A stretch of DNA of 62,550 bases, the filler included. It is 8 parts of 8 records of this genome, joined end to end, with 100 filler letters (N's around TTAATTAATTAA, not from the genome) between each part and the next. Parts side by side here need not be neighbours in the genome. Positions count along the whole stretch, not along the records: positions 1 to 5,240 come from SRR31147125_33319; positions 5,341 to 12,444 come from SRR31147125_33339; 6 more parts are not named here. One strand, written 5' to 3'. Below the pieces are notes generated by a model. That model saw only the letters and a list, made by a program, of their open reading frames with translations, did no database searches and was not told where the DNA came from. The translations under genes and the position numbers were made by a program. Shown here piece after piece: positions 1 through 10,871 of this stretch; position 1 is the stretch's first letter; each line of letters opens with the position of its first letter.

Positions 1-289
1 AACGGCCATGTCAGGCCGCCTGACACAACAAAGGGTGAAAATTCACAATGCATTGGCCGTGAGATATTCATATAGAATACTCCGCTTACGCCAGAGTCTT
101 TCATCCGGGCGTTGGACTTCTTCATATTTGGTGCAGACTTACAAATAAACCATGGGACTAAATTCTGACAAAATTTTTAGCAGGATCGTCGAGTCCGTTC
201 TTATCTGAAATGAAATAAAGATTATTGGAAATGAAATAATATCATTATGGCATCAATCCCTTCGTAAGATGAAATGGCTACCGTTATAA

Positions 290-1306
290 TCAAGCCCGCT
301 TTTTGATATATTTTGCCGGACTTGCACCGAAATGTTCAGAAAAGGCTTTTGAAAATGAGGGAATGCTGTTGTAACCCACTTCCAAAGCGGCCTGCGTAAC
401 ATTCAGGCCTTCTTCTTCAAGAAGTTGTCTGGCTTTTTCCAGACGAATTTTTCTGAGGTAACCAAATGCGGTCGTGCCATGGATTTGTTTAAAGTCGTGA
501 TTCAATCGTGAATGGGTCGTACCAACGATCTTTGCCAGGTTGAATAGCCCGGGGGGATTTTCAAGGTTGTCATTTAAAATCCGGACGGCTTTTTTGATGC
601 GACAAAAATTTTCCATTTTTATGTCGGGGGATTGAATGGGCCCGGATTTTTCATGGAGAATCTGATCCAATTTGTAAGTGATTAATTCCATGGTCTTACT
701 TTCAATGAATAGTTTCCGCATGATTCCCTTATAGGGACAGTTCAAAATATGGTCAATGGCAACCAGCATTGGGCATGTAATTCTGGCAGTATGGAAAAAG
801 CTTGCCTGATCGGATCCTTTAAGGATTTCCCTGAGTACGAACGGGCCGATATCAAACTCTCCGTTGAAATAGTCCATCAGTGTGGAAGGATGAATATGGA
901 TACTGAATTGCTGAAGACGGTGGCCGGCCTCGAATCGGATTTTCCCCTCAATTTCAGGCGAAAAGTAGAGATAACTGTGATGGACGAGGTCATCATTGAA
1001 ATCTCTTTTTAAGTGGAAATCCAAAAAGTGATAGTCAACAGTACCTTTGCCTGAAAGAAAATAGGCAAACTTTAAGTAGTTCTCCTTTGTCTCCACATGA
1101 TTGATGACGCTTTCACCAATGAAAAAATCATTGAGAGATAGAAAAAAACCCGGCTTCAGTTTGCAGATCCAGTTTCTGCTGTTACCTTTGCAGTGCGGGA
1201 ATTGTACCTGAAACTCAAACTCGGAATCCTTCATCAGCGGTGCGGATCTCGCGATGGTTGCCCATATGAACTCTTCAGAACTATGGGTGATTATATTATT
1301 TTTCAT
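290..1306 (-). CDS. AraC-family transcriptional regulator
   Basis: C-terminal AraC HTH (…IRLEKARQLLEEEGLNVTQAALEVGYNSIPSFSKAFSEHFG); PchR-like layout. Confidence 0.92.
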   Translation of the reverse strand: MKNNIITHSSEEFIWATIARSAPLMKDSEFEFQVQFPHCKGNSRNWICKLKPGFFLSLNDFFIGESVINHVETKENYLKFAYFLSGKGTVDYHFLDFHLKRDFNDDLVHHSYLYFSPEIEGKIRFEAGHRLQQFSIHIHPSTLMDYFNGEFDIGPFVLREILKGSDQASFFHTARITCPMLVAIDHILNCPYKGIMRKLFIESKTMELITYKLDQILHEKSGPIQSPDIKMENFCRIKKAVRILNDNLENPPGLFNLAKIVGTTHSRLNHDFKQIHGTTAFGYLRKIRLEKARQLLEEEGLNVTQAALEVGYNSIPSFSKAFSEHFGASPAKYIKKRA

Positions 1307-1697
1307 GCTGTTGAACTTTTCCTAAAGGGTTTTCTTTGAGCGCTCTTTGGGGAGCCGCCGGGTATTGAGTGTTGTTATATCGGAACTGACAGGAATATCC
1401 AGCTCCTTCGAAATCTTTTTCAACCATATCTCGGACCCATTTTGGCTCTTTCATAATAGGCTTCTATTCCATTTTATGCCCGTTTTTCAACTAAATTGAA
1501 CCAAGAGGGAGTGGGGGGGGGTTGTTTACTGGCTTTATGATTTTTTTTATATTTCATCATGACTGCTTTAAAGTACCCTCCATCTATATAGTTTCCATGT
1601 CCTCAACAAAGCGTTTAGATTCCAAATTTTTGGAATGATCACGACTATGGCAAGAAAGGGAGATGAGGGAGATATAATGCAAAATAACGTCCGCTGT

Positions 1698-4600
1698 TCA
1701 GATCAGTCGTTGATAAAGATCGCTTATTTCGGGGCTGACGGAACAATCCATTTCAGCAGACATTTTTTTATGGTTCATGTACAATTGTTTTATTTTGGAT
1801 CGTTTGCCGGATCGGGCATGGAGGGACATCAATTTTTTTAACGCGTTTTCATCAAAAGGATCCGCGGTCAGTACTTTTTGGATATATATCGCTTCATTGT
1901 CAATCTCTTTGACGGTTTCGTAAATGGATGCAACGGCTTTGAGTATCATCAGATGGTCTGCAGCGAACCGCTCCCTTTTTTCAAGGCACCACTCCTGGTA
2001 GCGATCTTCTTCGAGAAACGCACCCCGGTACAGCGATTCAGCCGCAAGATATGATTCAAGGGCGCTGTGAGGAGCGCTTTCAAGGGCCATTGCCGACCGG
2101 ATAAGATCCGAGAACTGCTCGGTATCAATACGGATTTTTCTGTCCCTGAAAAGTCTGTAGGTATCTTTTTTACGTTCGATATAAGCGGATGCCTTTTTTG
2201 GGGGTAGTCGAGGTTCCAATGTTTTCCTCAGTACGCTCATGGCCATATTGAAGCGTGGAGCGGTTTTTTGAATCTCTTCTTCCGGCCAAAGCATTTCAAT
2301 GAGTTCCTCGCGCTGGAGAAATCCCCTGTTTCGGTTGGCTGCAAGATATTTGAGAATCATCAAGGCTTTGGAACTTTTCCAGTGTGAGGTAGGAATCTCC
2401 TTGCCACCGACTAAGACTTTGAAACGGCCCAGAAGCGTGATGGTCAATTCGGCCCCCTCTGTGGCCAACCTGCAATTGAAAAGCCTTTCCAGGTATGCCA
2501 AGACTTCTTCATCTAATGCATTTTTTCCGGGCAGCTCTGTCTCTAGTATGGGAAGGATCCAGTGCGCTTCATTTTTGATAAATCGATCATAGTTCCACTT
2601 TATTGATAGCAAAAGCCCTTGAGCCAAGTGGTTGAATGCCTCATCGATCCTGTCGGAATTGTAATAGGATTGCGACGTCAACAGATGATTGTTGAAGAGG
2701 TAAAAATCCATTCCGGAAAGCTTTTCTCTGGCGGCGTCCAAACACACCAGAGCTTTTGAAAAATCATTTTTCATCATCAGAAGATTAGCAAGTCTATTTC
2801 CAAGGTTCCCTTCAGTGGAGCGCAAACCGTACCCGTCAATGATCTCCAATGCTCTGGTTAACATGTGAGCCGCCTGCGCGCTTTTCCCCTGGGCCAGAAA
2901 AATCCGATGCAGACAATCCCAGGCATTGGCTAGCCCCCATCGATAGCCCAAGCCCTCAAACAATTCGATACTTCTATCGATCATCTCCATGGCCTGATCC
3001 GAATTACCCAGCCCCAGGCAATTCTCTGCCCATGCAAAGTAGAGCCACCCCTTCTGACTATCTGAAAGTTCCATTTTTTCACAACATTCAACGCCTTTTT
3101 CGGCGTATATTATCCCCTCATCAAACGCTCCGAAAAAAGCGCTCATGGCACTGTGCTGATAGTATACAATGGGCAGACAGGCGTCGATACGAAGTTCGAC
3201 CACAGACTGAAGTACTTTGGTGTTGATCTTTTTAGATTGCTCCAGATCTCCTTTGAAAAAAAGGGTGGCGGAGTAGGGGATATTGATCATAACATCGATT
3301 GTTCGCAGCTTGATGTCCGGGAAACCGGCCATTCTATCCTCCATGGCACGGTAATATTGTTCCGCCGAATGAAACTCCCCGAGAACTGAGCACAATAAAA
3401 TGAGATGGGAGATGATGGTGATAAAAGTGGAAGATGAGTCATCCACTTCATCCAGTACCTGCTCCATTAAAAGTTTGGCCTCTTTGATGTACCCTGTTGT
3501 ATAGTAATGGGTGCCCAACACGGCTAGGCATTTAATCATATTTTCCTTGGAATTTTGTTTCTGAAAGAGTTTATGTGCCCGGGTGAGGGTTTGCAGAGCT
3601 TGCCCGGGATTGCCGTAATGGGAAAAAAGTTTGGCCTGTATCAGCAGCAATTGGGGATTTCTTTCCATGATCGGCTCGGGAATTCTTTTCAAAAAAGAGT
3701 CCAGACAGTTGATTGTGCCTGCAAGCAAAAATTTCATCTCATGGGTTTCAATGAGGCGTATCGCTTCTTCAAAGGCATGGGCTTCAATGTAATGTTCCAA
3801 CGCCAAAAAGAGATCTCTTTTTTCACTTTTTTGTGCAATTTGATAATGGAGTTGATCAATTTGGGATGGGGAGAGCCTTTTTTCAAGTTGGGTCAATAAG
3901 AACTCTTTAAATAGGTGATGCAGATAAAAAACGGTTTCGGATTCGTCCATGGGAAATATCATCAAATGGTTTTCAAGCATTGTTTTTACAATGGCGTCGG
4001 TCTGCCCGGTTTCAAATATTTCGCTGCAAACACGGATATCTATTTCCGGAAGAAGCGCTGCTTTCATCATAAAAACCTTGACGGCGTCGGGTTGCGGGTC
4101 AAAAAGGTTCTCTTTCAAATATGAAAAGATGTACCGGGGATTTTCTTGAAAGGATTCCAGAGTGTCGGCAATGCGCTCCGGCGTTTTTCTGTTGATGGCG
4201 TATCGCAGAAGAACCAACGCCGCGACCCATCCACCGGTATAGAAATGGATATCCTCCATGCGCTTGCCCGAGGGAAGTTGACTCTCTACAAAGAGCCGGC
4301 GGATTTCTTCCACTGTGAAGGCCAGATCTCCTTCACTGATTTCAATGAGCTCTTGCCTTGCTCGAAGGGTTGACAACGGGATGGGAACCTCTTTTCGGCC
4401 GATGATGACCAAACGGATATGATCGGCCAGACGACTCAGGATAAACGCAACGGCATGGTTGATGGGCGCACTCTTTTGAACCAGATGATAATCATCCAGA
4501 ACAAGTACAATCGGCCGAGTCACTCTCTTCTCCAAAAGGGCCAGCCAGTCAAGTAAGGTGTCCGTCTGTTTTTGAAGGTTGGTTTTCAGCACCCCATCCA

Positions 4601-4886
4601 TCTCTTTCGAATCATGGGGGGATGGAAAAATACGCCGGACAGCATGGTAAAGATATGAGACAAATACCTGGAAGTCCTGGTCATGGCTATCCAGACGATA
4701 CCATAGGGTGTCGATACCCTGCCTCTTCAATGCGTCCATGACAAGTGTCGTTTTTCCATATCCGGCTCCGGCAATTACAGTAATCAACTTGAGCGGCTGT
4801 TTTGTCCGGAACAATCGGCACAGCCTTTTCCGTGAAAGGGTGTTATACCGTTTGGGAAATTGAAGCTTTGAATCAAGCAAATTCAT
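1698..4886 (-). CDS. MalT-like STAND ATPase/TPR transcriptional activator with C-terminal wHTH-BTAD domain
   Basis: Walker A AGAGYGKTT, Walker B VLDDYH, long helical repeat region, C-terminal LLGRF…LREELIEMLWP…YRGAFL…DPFDE BTAD signature; ATG at 4886 follows a purine-rich RBS (ORF is open from 5006). Confidence 0.88.
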   Translation of the reverse strand: MNLLDSKLQFPKRYNTLSRKRLCRLFRTKQPLKLITVIAGAGYGKTTLVMDALKRQGIDTLWYRLDSHDQDFQVFVSYLYHAVRRIFPSPHDSKEMDGVLKTNLQKQTDTLLDWLALLEKRVTRPIVLVLDDYHLVQKSAPINHAVAFILSRLADHIRLVIIGRKEVPIPLSTLRARQELIEISEGDLAFTVEEIRRLFVESQLPSGKRMEDIHFYTGGWVAALVLLRYAINRKTPERIADTLESFQENPRYIFSYLKENLFDPQPDAVKVFMMKAALLPEIDIRVCSEIFETGQTDAIVKTMLENHLMIFPMDESETVFYLHHLFKEFLLTQLEKRLSPSQIDQLHYQIAQKSEKRDLFLALEHYIEAHAFEEAIRLIETHEMKFLLAGTINCLDSFLKRIPEPIMERNPQLLLIQAKLFSHYGNPGQALQTLTRAHKLFQKQNSKENMIKCLAVLGTHYYTTGYIKEAKLLMEQVLDEVDDSSSTFITIISHLILLCSVLGEFHSAEQYYRAMEDRMAGFPDIKLRTIDVMINIPYSATLFFKGDLEQSKKINTKVLQSVVELRIDACLPIVYYQHSAMSAFFGAFDEGIIYAEKGVECCEKMELSDSQKGWLYFAWAENCLGLGNSDQAMEMIDRSIELFEGLGYRWGLANAWDCLHRIFLAQGKSAQAAHMLTRALEIIDGYGLRSTEGNLGNRLANLLMMKNDFSKALVCLDAAREKLSGMDFYLFNNHLLTSQSYYNSDRIDEAFNHLAQGLLLSIKWNYDRFIKNEAHWILPILETELPGKNALDEEVLAYLERLFNCRLATEGAELTITLLGRFKVLVGGKEIPTSHWKSSKALMILKYLAANRNRGFLQREELIEMLWPEEEIQKTAPRFNMAMSVLRKTLEPRLPPKKASAYIERKKDTYRLFRDRKIRIDTEQFSDLIRSAMALESAPHSALESYLAAESLYRGAFLEEDRYQEWCLEKRERFAADHLMILKAVASIYETVKEIDNEAIYIQKVLTADPFDENALKKLMSLHARSGKRSKIKQLYMNHKKMSAEMDCSVSPEISDLYQRLI

Positions 4887-5240
4887 CTCAATGATCTCTC
4901 CCCTCATGTAGTTAACGCACTCCATGTAAACTTTTGTATCAACCCTAGTTTGACTACATTGAAATGTCAACAGAACCTGTCCAAAAAATAAATAATTATC
5001 TTTCAAAAAAGTATTGATAATAATTTAAATTGAAGGTAAAGTTTTTTATCTGATTTATTCTCAAACTACGACTCTCGCTCAAACGACTACGATTACAAAT
5101 CCAATCAAACAGCTGTTGAAAGAACACCCCTCAACGTATTCGTCAAAATCATCTTTAATTCCTTCGAATTTTTAACATTTCGACCGGATTCACTTTCCAT
5201 CGTGCTAATACTACTGGTCGTTCAAGATTTGCCTGTCGGG

Positions 5241-5340
5241 NNNNNNNNNNNNNNNNNNNNNNNNNNNNNNNNNNNNNNNNNNNNTTAATTAATTAANNNN
5301 NNNNNNNNNNNNNNNNNNNNNNNNNNNNNNNNNNNNNNNN
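5241..5340. other. Artificial contig linker (N44-TTAATTAATTAA-N44)
   Basis: Identical linker recurs seven times; gives stops in all six frames. Confidence 0.99.
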
Positions 5341-5595
5341 GGGACTGAGTTCACAGGCAGTGTCTATGAGTCCTTCCAGCGTGAGTGCGGGCGAACTGAA
5401 ACGTGTATAGGTCTGTATCTGCTTGAGGACTTTCTTACGGGAAAAATTTTCTTTGGTTATATGGAGCTGGGCGGGGGTAAAAAAGTAGAAGTTGAGATCG
5501 AAGCGGGCCCCGCCCTTTTCGGGGATGGGAAGTGTCGTTTTCATTTCCAGGTGGTGCAGGTCGTGACGGCGGAAGTCGCAGGTAAATTGGCGCAT
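5341..5595 (-). CDS. Hypothetical protein, N-terminal fragment truncated by contig end
   Basis: Open ORF running into the linker (MRQFTCDFRRHD…YFFTPAQL…YTRF). Confidence 0.6.
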
Positions 5596-5700
5596 GGGAA
5601 AGCCTCGTTGTCAAGATTTCTTTACAGTATAGACCGGGTTTTGGGGAAATGCAAATGGAAGGATAAAGGATTTTCTCTTGAATGAGACCTGTACCTTTAT

Positions 5701-6312
5701 TTACAAAAGGCGGTAGTCTGACAGTTGATTTTCTAAATAGGCCTGATCAACAATGGTAATCTTTCCTGAAACTCTTACAACGGCTCCATTTTTTTCCAAT
5801 GATGAAATAGCTCTTGATAAAGCCTCACGGGAACAGTTCAGCTCTTCTGCCAAATCCGTTATATGTATTTCATACTCTTTTCCGGCATTATAATGGTGCA
5901 GAAAAAAGAGAATAATTCTATCTGAAATCTTTTTGTATGAAAGAATTTCAATTCTCTCCGTCATTCTGGACACACGCTCAAATATTCTGTGAAAAAATAA
6001 TTGTTTAAATGCAGGGTCATTCAACAATTCGTCGAAGTACCCAATACTTAGCTCCAAAACAACTGTCGGCTCATCTGCTATCAACCATCCCCTATAGCTT
6101 TCACCTGCCAGCATCAACAGTTCTCCAAACATTTCTCCTGAACAGAACTCTGTGAGCAGCAACTCCTTTCCGGTTGTCAGGTATTTCTTCATGAGCAGTT
6201 TTCCGGATAAAATATAACCCAGGGCGGTGCATTCCTCACCAGGTTTATGCAGCACCTCATTTCTATCCAGCTCTCTCTCTTTTGCATTCTTGAAAAAATG
6301 TTTTAAGTCCAT
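5701..6312 (-). CDS. Crp/Fnr-family transcriptional regulator
   Basis: cNMP-binding-like domain (GEMFGE) and HTH LAEELNCSREALSR. Confidence 0.92.
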   Translation of the reverse strand: MDLKHFFKNAKERELDRNEVLHKPGEECTALGYILSGKLLMKKYLTTGKELLLTEFCSGEMFGELLMLAGESYRGWLIADEPTVVLELSIGYFDELLNDPAFKQLFFHRIFERVSRMTERIEILSYKKISDRIILFFLHHYNAGKEYEIHITDLAEELNCSREALSRAISSLEKNGAVVRVSGKITIVDQAYLENQLSDYRLL

Positions 6313-6313
6313 A

Positions 6314-6958
6314 CTATTCCTTGTTTAGGATTATACATCCTGATATATCAATACCTTCATGTAAAACAGCCTGTTTAAAATCTGCACAACTATTATATCC
6401 GCACCCTCCGCAGTTTAAATTGGGAAGATCCAAATTTCTCGATTCTTTTTGTTCTTCCTTAATTTCATATCTCTTCACCATTTTCTCTGTAATCATACCA
6501 ATAAGTATCACTGCTGGTACGGTCAGAATAAATCTCACAACAGAAAACTGAATACCCAGAAACTGAATTTCAACCATCAGCATGGGAACTTTGATCACGG
6601 CCCATGAACTTAAGATAATCACCATATTTGAAATTGATGCACCCTTTTTAAAAAGAACCAGTGCCGCTGGGAAAGCTGCATATATTGGTCCGGCAGATAC
6701 AGAACCTATCAGTACCGCAAGAATTCTCCCTTTAAATCCTGATTTCTCTCCCAAACCTTTTTGTATAGTGGCTGAGGGGACCCATACCGTAATTAAAGCT
6801 GATAGAATCATTACGGGAGGTAATACTTGTATCATCTCTTTAAAGAATCCTGCTGTAATAGAAACTGCATCAAAGAAAACATCTCTTTTCAGTATGAAAA
6901 ATGCTAAATACAGTATTGCAGCTATTATAATTATTCTGAATTGTTTAATTCTTTTCAT
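6314..6958 (-). CDS. DUF318/ArsP-like permease subunit with C-terminal RnfB-type Fe-S motif
   Basis: Hydrophobic helices with SAGPIYAAFP motif; C-terminal LPNLNCGGCGYNSC…C. Confidence 0.8.
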   Translation of the reverse strand: MKRIKQFRIIIIAAILYLAFFILKRDVFFDAVSITAGFFKEMIQVLPPVMILSALITVWVPSATIQKGLGEKSGFKGRILAVLIGSVSAGPIYAAFPAALVLFKKGASISNMVIILSSWAVIKVPMLMVEIQFLGIQFSVVRFILTVPAVILIGMITEKMVKRYEIKEEQKESRNLDLPNLNCGGCGYNSCADFKQAVLHEGIDISGCIILNKE

Positions 6959-7434
6959 TACAGTATAACCCCCATTGCAAACGCTATTATCAGGGCCATT
7001 ACAAAGCTTACACTATTTCTTACTAATGTGAATTTCTTACCAAAATGCCTGGATTCAATAGGGAAAGTAGCAAATCCGACCATTGTCAGCGTTGTAAGAA
7101 ACGCGGTCAAAGAAACAAGGTGAGCACCACTTACAAAAAGAGATTTGGTTAGCGGGAAAGCTATAAATGCCGGCATAATGGTAACAGTTCCAATCAATGC
7201 ACCGTAAATTGTACTTAAGAATACATTCCCACTTCCAAGGATACGCTGTATTAATTCCGGTGGAAGGAGAGCCAGAAGCAAACCTACTATAGCCATAATT
7301 CCAGCAACCTCTACAATAGTTCCCAGAAACATCTTTTTTGCAATATAAAAAGCTTCTTTGCTTTTTTGTCTACTTTTTATAATTGATAAGATAAGCAGCA
7401 CAACTGCTATCGCTATCATAATCATTGCTGTCAC
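6958..7434 (-). CDS. DUF318/ArsP-like permease subunit
   Basis: Hydrophobic, MPAFIAFPL motif; GTG start after AAGGAGG; overlaps the next gene. Confidence 0.8.
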   Translation of the reverse strand: MTAMIMIAIAVVLLILSIIKSRQKSKEAFYIAKKMFLGTIVEVAGIMAIVGLLLALLPPELIQRILGSGNVFLSTIYGALIGTVTIMPAFIAFPLTKSLFVSGAHLVSLTAFLTTLTMVGFATFPIESRHFGKKFTLVRNSVSFVMALIIAFAMGVIL

Positions 7435-7551
7435 AATGACCTCCTTGTGATACACTGTTTTTTTGCAGATATTTACCATGATATACATTCCATTTCATGG
7501 TTTTCAACCCAAACATCGGGAAAGAGAAAAGAACTTTATTTGTAGTTCATA

Positions 7552-7872
7552 TTATGGTTTTGGAGTTTTAACTACCATCACTCTCAAAATGTCTTCATTA
7601 CTATGATTTTCAAGGGCATGCGGAATATCTTTCGGGCTTTCTACTACAGCTTCAGCTTCAACAGCAATGCGTTCTTCCCCAATTTCAATCCAGGCTTTAC
7701 CTTCGATGACAAAGAAAAAAACATCAACCGGCGTTGTATGTGTTTTCAGGCGGGCTCCCGGTTGAAATGTCAGGTAATTCACAAGAGCCTCTTGATGGTC
7801 GTAGAGTTTCTGAGTTTTCACTCCATTCCTTTGAACAACAGTTTCTGCTTTTTCTACGGTGGTAATTTTCAT
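7552..7872 (-). CDS. Cupin-domain protein
   Basis: Cupin motifs H-TTP…FFVIEG and PKDIPHALEN. Confidence 0.88.
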   Translation of the reverse strand: MKITTVEKAETVVQRNGVKTQKLYDHQEALVNYLTFQPGARLKTHTTPVDVFFFVIEGKAWIEIGEERIAVEAEAVVESPKDIPHALENHSNEDILRVMVVKTPKP

Positions 7873-8021
7873 TAGTGCTACTCCAATAGTGTCAAATTTT
7901 GCAAACCTTAGTTGGGCATGCTTCAATACATTGATAACATAATAGACATTCTTGTTTCTCATGTTTCATCTTTTCTTCCTGAGTCTTTCCGAGGATGTTA
8001 ATAGATGCTTGTTCTCATGTC

Positions 8022-8037
8022 TGTGATATTTATCACG
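8022..8037. promoter_or_regulatory. Crp/Fnr (HcpR-like) binding site TGTGA-N6-TCACG
   Basis: TGTGAtatttaTCACG, 9/10 match to TGTGA-N6-TCACA, upstream of the operon that encodes the Crp/Fnr regulator. Confidence 0.65.
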
Positions 8038-8091
8038 TTACCATAATATTCTATAAGATTTTTTCAAATACCCAAATACATGGCCGGGTTG

Positions 8092-9024
8092 CTAGAGATC
8101 CAGATTTCTTTGGGTTGATTTAACTGATCGTGTTATACGTTCTGTGACCACATCATCCTGCCCTACTGTTCCGATAAGCAGGGGTGAGTCGATCTGGTGC
8201 AGATTGTGGTTCTTTTCCACTAAATCTTTATTGAAATTTGCGTAGCAGTAAAGACAGTGATGCATACAGGTATTATATGCACCAATATCGATACTGCTTA
8301 CACAGCCGCATGCGGCACGTTGATTTTTGTCTTTCGAAACCTTGAGCGTGCAGGAACCGATTTTCTCGAGAAGCTGGGCATCTATGCATCGACCATGCTC
8401 TATTCCGATAGATTCCAGGTCATACGGCTCGGCGCAGGATTTGACTGCCAATCCATACGATTCGGCGATTTCCCATATGGATTTTGCCATAGCATGCACA
8501 TCAACCTTGGTGATTTCCTGCATGGTTATCGACTGCATGTTTCTGCGGCTTTTCTTGTACATGTCGACAAAGCTTATTACGCATGTTCTGGTGTAACGGT
8601 GCAGTTCGTCGGCCAGGGAGGCGAATTGGCGCTTATGATAATCCATGGTGTGCGTATCTGTAAGAATTATCGGATCATAGCGCCAGATAACTCGTTCTGG
8701 ACCAATCAAGTCGGATAGTTCTTTGAATGTTTTCAGGATATCTCTTCTTGGGGGAACAGATGCTTCCAAGGGGTTGCCGTATGCGTTCAAAGTGAACTGG
8801 AAATAGTATGGGATGTCTGTAAAGATGGTTAATTTGTCCATGAGCGGGCGCGGATTTTTGCTCCAGAAAACAATTCCATCGATATGTTTGCTGAGGTTGA
8901 TTGAGGAAACCTGACGGGGGTTGAATGGATTTCTGACATATACATATCCTTCTTGATATCTGTTGATAAGCCAGTCGGAATAAAAAGCGGGGATATCTGT
9001 TCTGCGGCTTATGCTGAGTATCAT
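8092..9024 (-). CDS. DUF1848-domain protein (C-terminal CxxxCxxC)
   Basis: N-terminal ISRRTDIPAFY; C-terminal CGC…DIGAYNTCMHHCLYCYA. Confidence 0.92.
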   Translation of the reverse strand: MILSISRRTDIPAFYSDWLINRYQEGYVYVRNPFNPRQVSSINLSKHIDGIVFWSKNPRPLMDKLTIFTDIPYYFQFTLNAYGNPLEASVPPRRDILKTFKELSDLIGPERVIWRYDPIILTDTHTMDYHKRQFASLADELHRYTRTCVISFVDMYKKSRRNMQSITMQEITKVDVHAMAKSIWEIAESYGLAVKSCAEPYDLESIGIEHGRCIDAQLLEKIGSCTLKVSKDKNQRAACGCVSSIDIGAYNTCMHHCLYCYANFNKDLVEKNHNLHQIDSPLLIGTVGQDDVVTERITRSVKSTQRNLDL

Positions 9025-9191
9025 TTCGAGTGGCCTCGGTTAAGGGATTATAGCATTAAAGTTTGTGAAAAGAGTATGTAGTGATTGGTGAATTATTTCA
9101 TCCAAAATATCGATAATTTTTCTATATACTGGTTATTTTTCTTGATTTATTCAACAGCATATAGTACATATAGCTATAAGGCTGTGTCATT

Positions 9192-9821
9192 ATGGAAAGC
9201 ATTCTTTTCAACACAAATCTTCCCTACCTCACCACTCCATATCTGTTGAGTTTATATGCCGGCTACACATATCCGCGTGATAAGATTAAGAATTTAGTGA
9301 AAAGCAATGATCTTATCCACGTAAAGCAGGGATTGTATATTCTCGGGGAAGAATATCGGAGAGCATATTCGCGTGAAGTAATTTCAGGGATGCTGTATGG
9401 ACCTTCGGCTATCTCGCTTGATTTTGCCTTATCATATCACGGGCTAATCCCGGAACGAGTGGAAGAACTCACCTGTATCTGTTTTAAAAGAGATAAACTG
9501 TTTCATACTCCTTTGGGGCGATTTAGTTATAAGTATATCTCAGTGGGGAAATACACATGCGGCATTGGCTACAAACAGACGGAACTTGGTAATTTTTTTA
9601 TGGCCTCCCCCGAAAAAGCATTATGCGACAAGATATATTTCAGTTCGATTAAAGGAGAACAGGAAGTACCGGAATATTTACTGCATGAGCTGCGGATCGA
9701 TATTGAGCAGCTGAAAAAGCTTGATTTGAATGAATTGACTCGTTTATCCCGTATCTATAAGAGAAAGAGCTGCCTCTATTTACTTAGAACGGTAGCTAAA
9801 TTCCAAATTGATAAGGGGTAG
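9192..9821 (+). CDS. AbiEi-family antitoxin / transcriptional regulator
   Basis: PSAISLDFALSYHGLIPE and ASPEKALCD motifs; directly upstream of an AbiEii gene. Confidence 0.88.
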   Translation: MESILFNTNLPYLTTPYLLSLYAGYTYPRDKIKNLVKSNDLIHVKQGLYILGEEYRRAYSREVISGMLYGPSAISLDFALSYHGLIPERVEELTCICFKRDKLFHTPLGRFSYKYISVGKYTCGIGYKQTELGNFFMASPEKALCDKIYFSSIKGEQEVPEYLLHELRIDIEQLKKLDLNELTRLSRIYKRKSCLYLLRTVAKFQIDKG

Positions 9822-9825
9822 AAGA

Positions 9826-10707
9826 ATGCATCAGGCTATAATGGAAATGTTGGAACCGTACAAATGCAGCACACCGACAGATTATAAAAATGCACTGAAG
9901 GAAATCGTACAGCAAATTATCTTACTTGGGTTATCAAGACAAGATTTTTTCAACAAGGCTGCGTTTTATGGCGGCACTGCCTTACGTATAGGCTACGGAC
10001 TGCATCGATTTTCGGAAGATATGGATTTTACTTTACTGACTCCGGATAAAGGCTTTCGGCTGGAAAAATATCTTAAGGGTGTTGAACAAGAACTGCTGGC
10101 CTACGAACTGCAATTCTTTGCTGAACGTGTAGAGAAAAGAGCGGGAACTCCTATTGATTCCGCATTTATGAAAGGCAATGCCCTGTCAATATTGCTGTCT
10201 ATTCGTGAATGGGGATTTTCTGCTTCCGGCACTCATAAAAACGAGTTGCTGAAAATCAAACTGGAGATTGATACCGATCCTCCATTTTTCATCGCCATGA
10301 AATCTGAGTTATTGTTTCTGACCAGTCCAATACCCTTCAGCTATAGAATACTTGATTTGGAATTGCTGTTTGCTGGAAAACTGCATGCCATTCTTTGCCG
10401 GAATTTCCCCAGCGGTCGTGTAAAGGGCAGGGATTTCTATGACTTCATATGGTACGTCAAGTCCGGGATTTCACCGGATATTCCATATCTGGAGGCTAAA
10501 CTGAAACAAAGCGGAATTATAGAGAATAATCAGATACTTTCTTTGGATTCTGTTAAGGATATGCTGGCTGCGAAGATCGCCGTGACGGACTTTCAAAGTG
10601 CTCGAAAGGATGTTTTACCATTTATTAAAGATGATTTTGAACTGGAATTATGGTCTGCGGATTTTTTCAGGTCTTTGATTAACGGGATTGGGAGTGAACT
10701 TTCCTGA
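9826..10707 (+). CDS. AbiEii/AbiGii nucleotidyltransferase toxin
   Basis: FYGGTALR…RFSEDMDF, KLHA and KGRDFYD motifs. Confidence 0.92.
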   Translation: MHQAIMEMLEPYKCSTPTDYKNALKEIVQQIILLGLSRQDFFNKAAFYGGTALRIGYGLHRFSEDMDFTLLTPDKGFRLEKYLKGVEQELLAYELQFFAERVEKRAGTPIDSAFMKGNALSILLSIREWGFSASGTHKNELLKIKLEIDTDPPFFIAMKSELLFLTSPIPFSYRILDLELLFAGKLHAILCRNFPSGRVKGRDFYDFIWYVKSGISPDIPYLEAKLKQSGIIENNQILSLDSVKDMLAAKIAVTDFQSARKDVLPFIKDDFELELWSADFFRSLINGIGSELS

Positions 10708-10871
10708 ATCTCTAACAAAACTTTGATTTGCTTAAATACTTACGAATCGTTCCCTGGTTAGTGGAAGTCGCCGAAAATAATTTTAATTATGAATTTTCCC
10801 AAAAGCATTTTCTCAATAAGGCTTCCTCCGTCTTGATTGATAATATGTTTTCAAAATGATTGCTGATTTCA

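Noticed and set aside
9-25. TGTCAGGC/CCTGACA hairpin at the window start
   Set aside because: Single short palindrome at a contig edge; perhaps a dispersed repeat, but this cannot be supported from the window alone.
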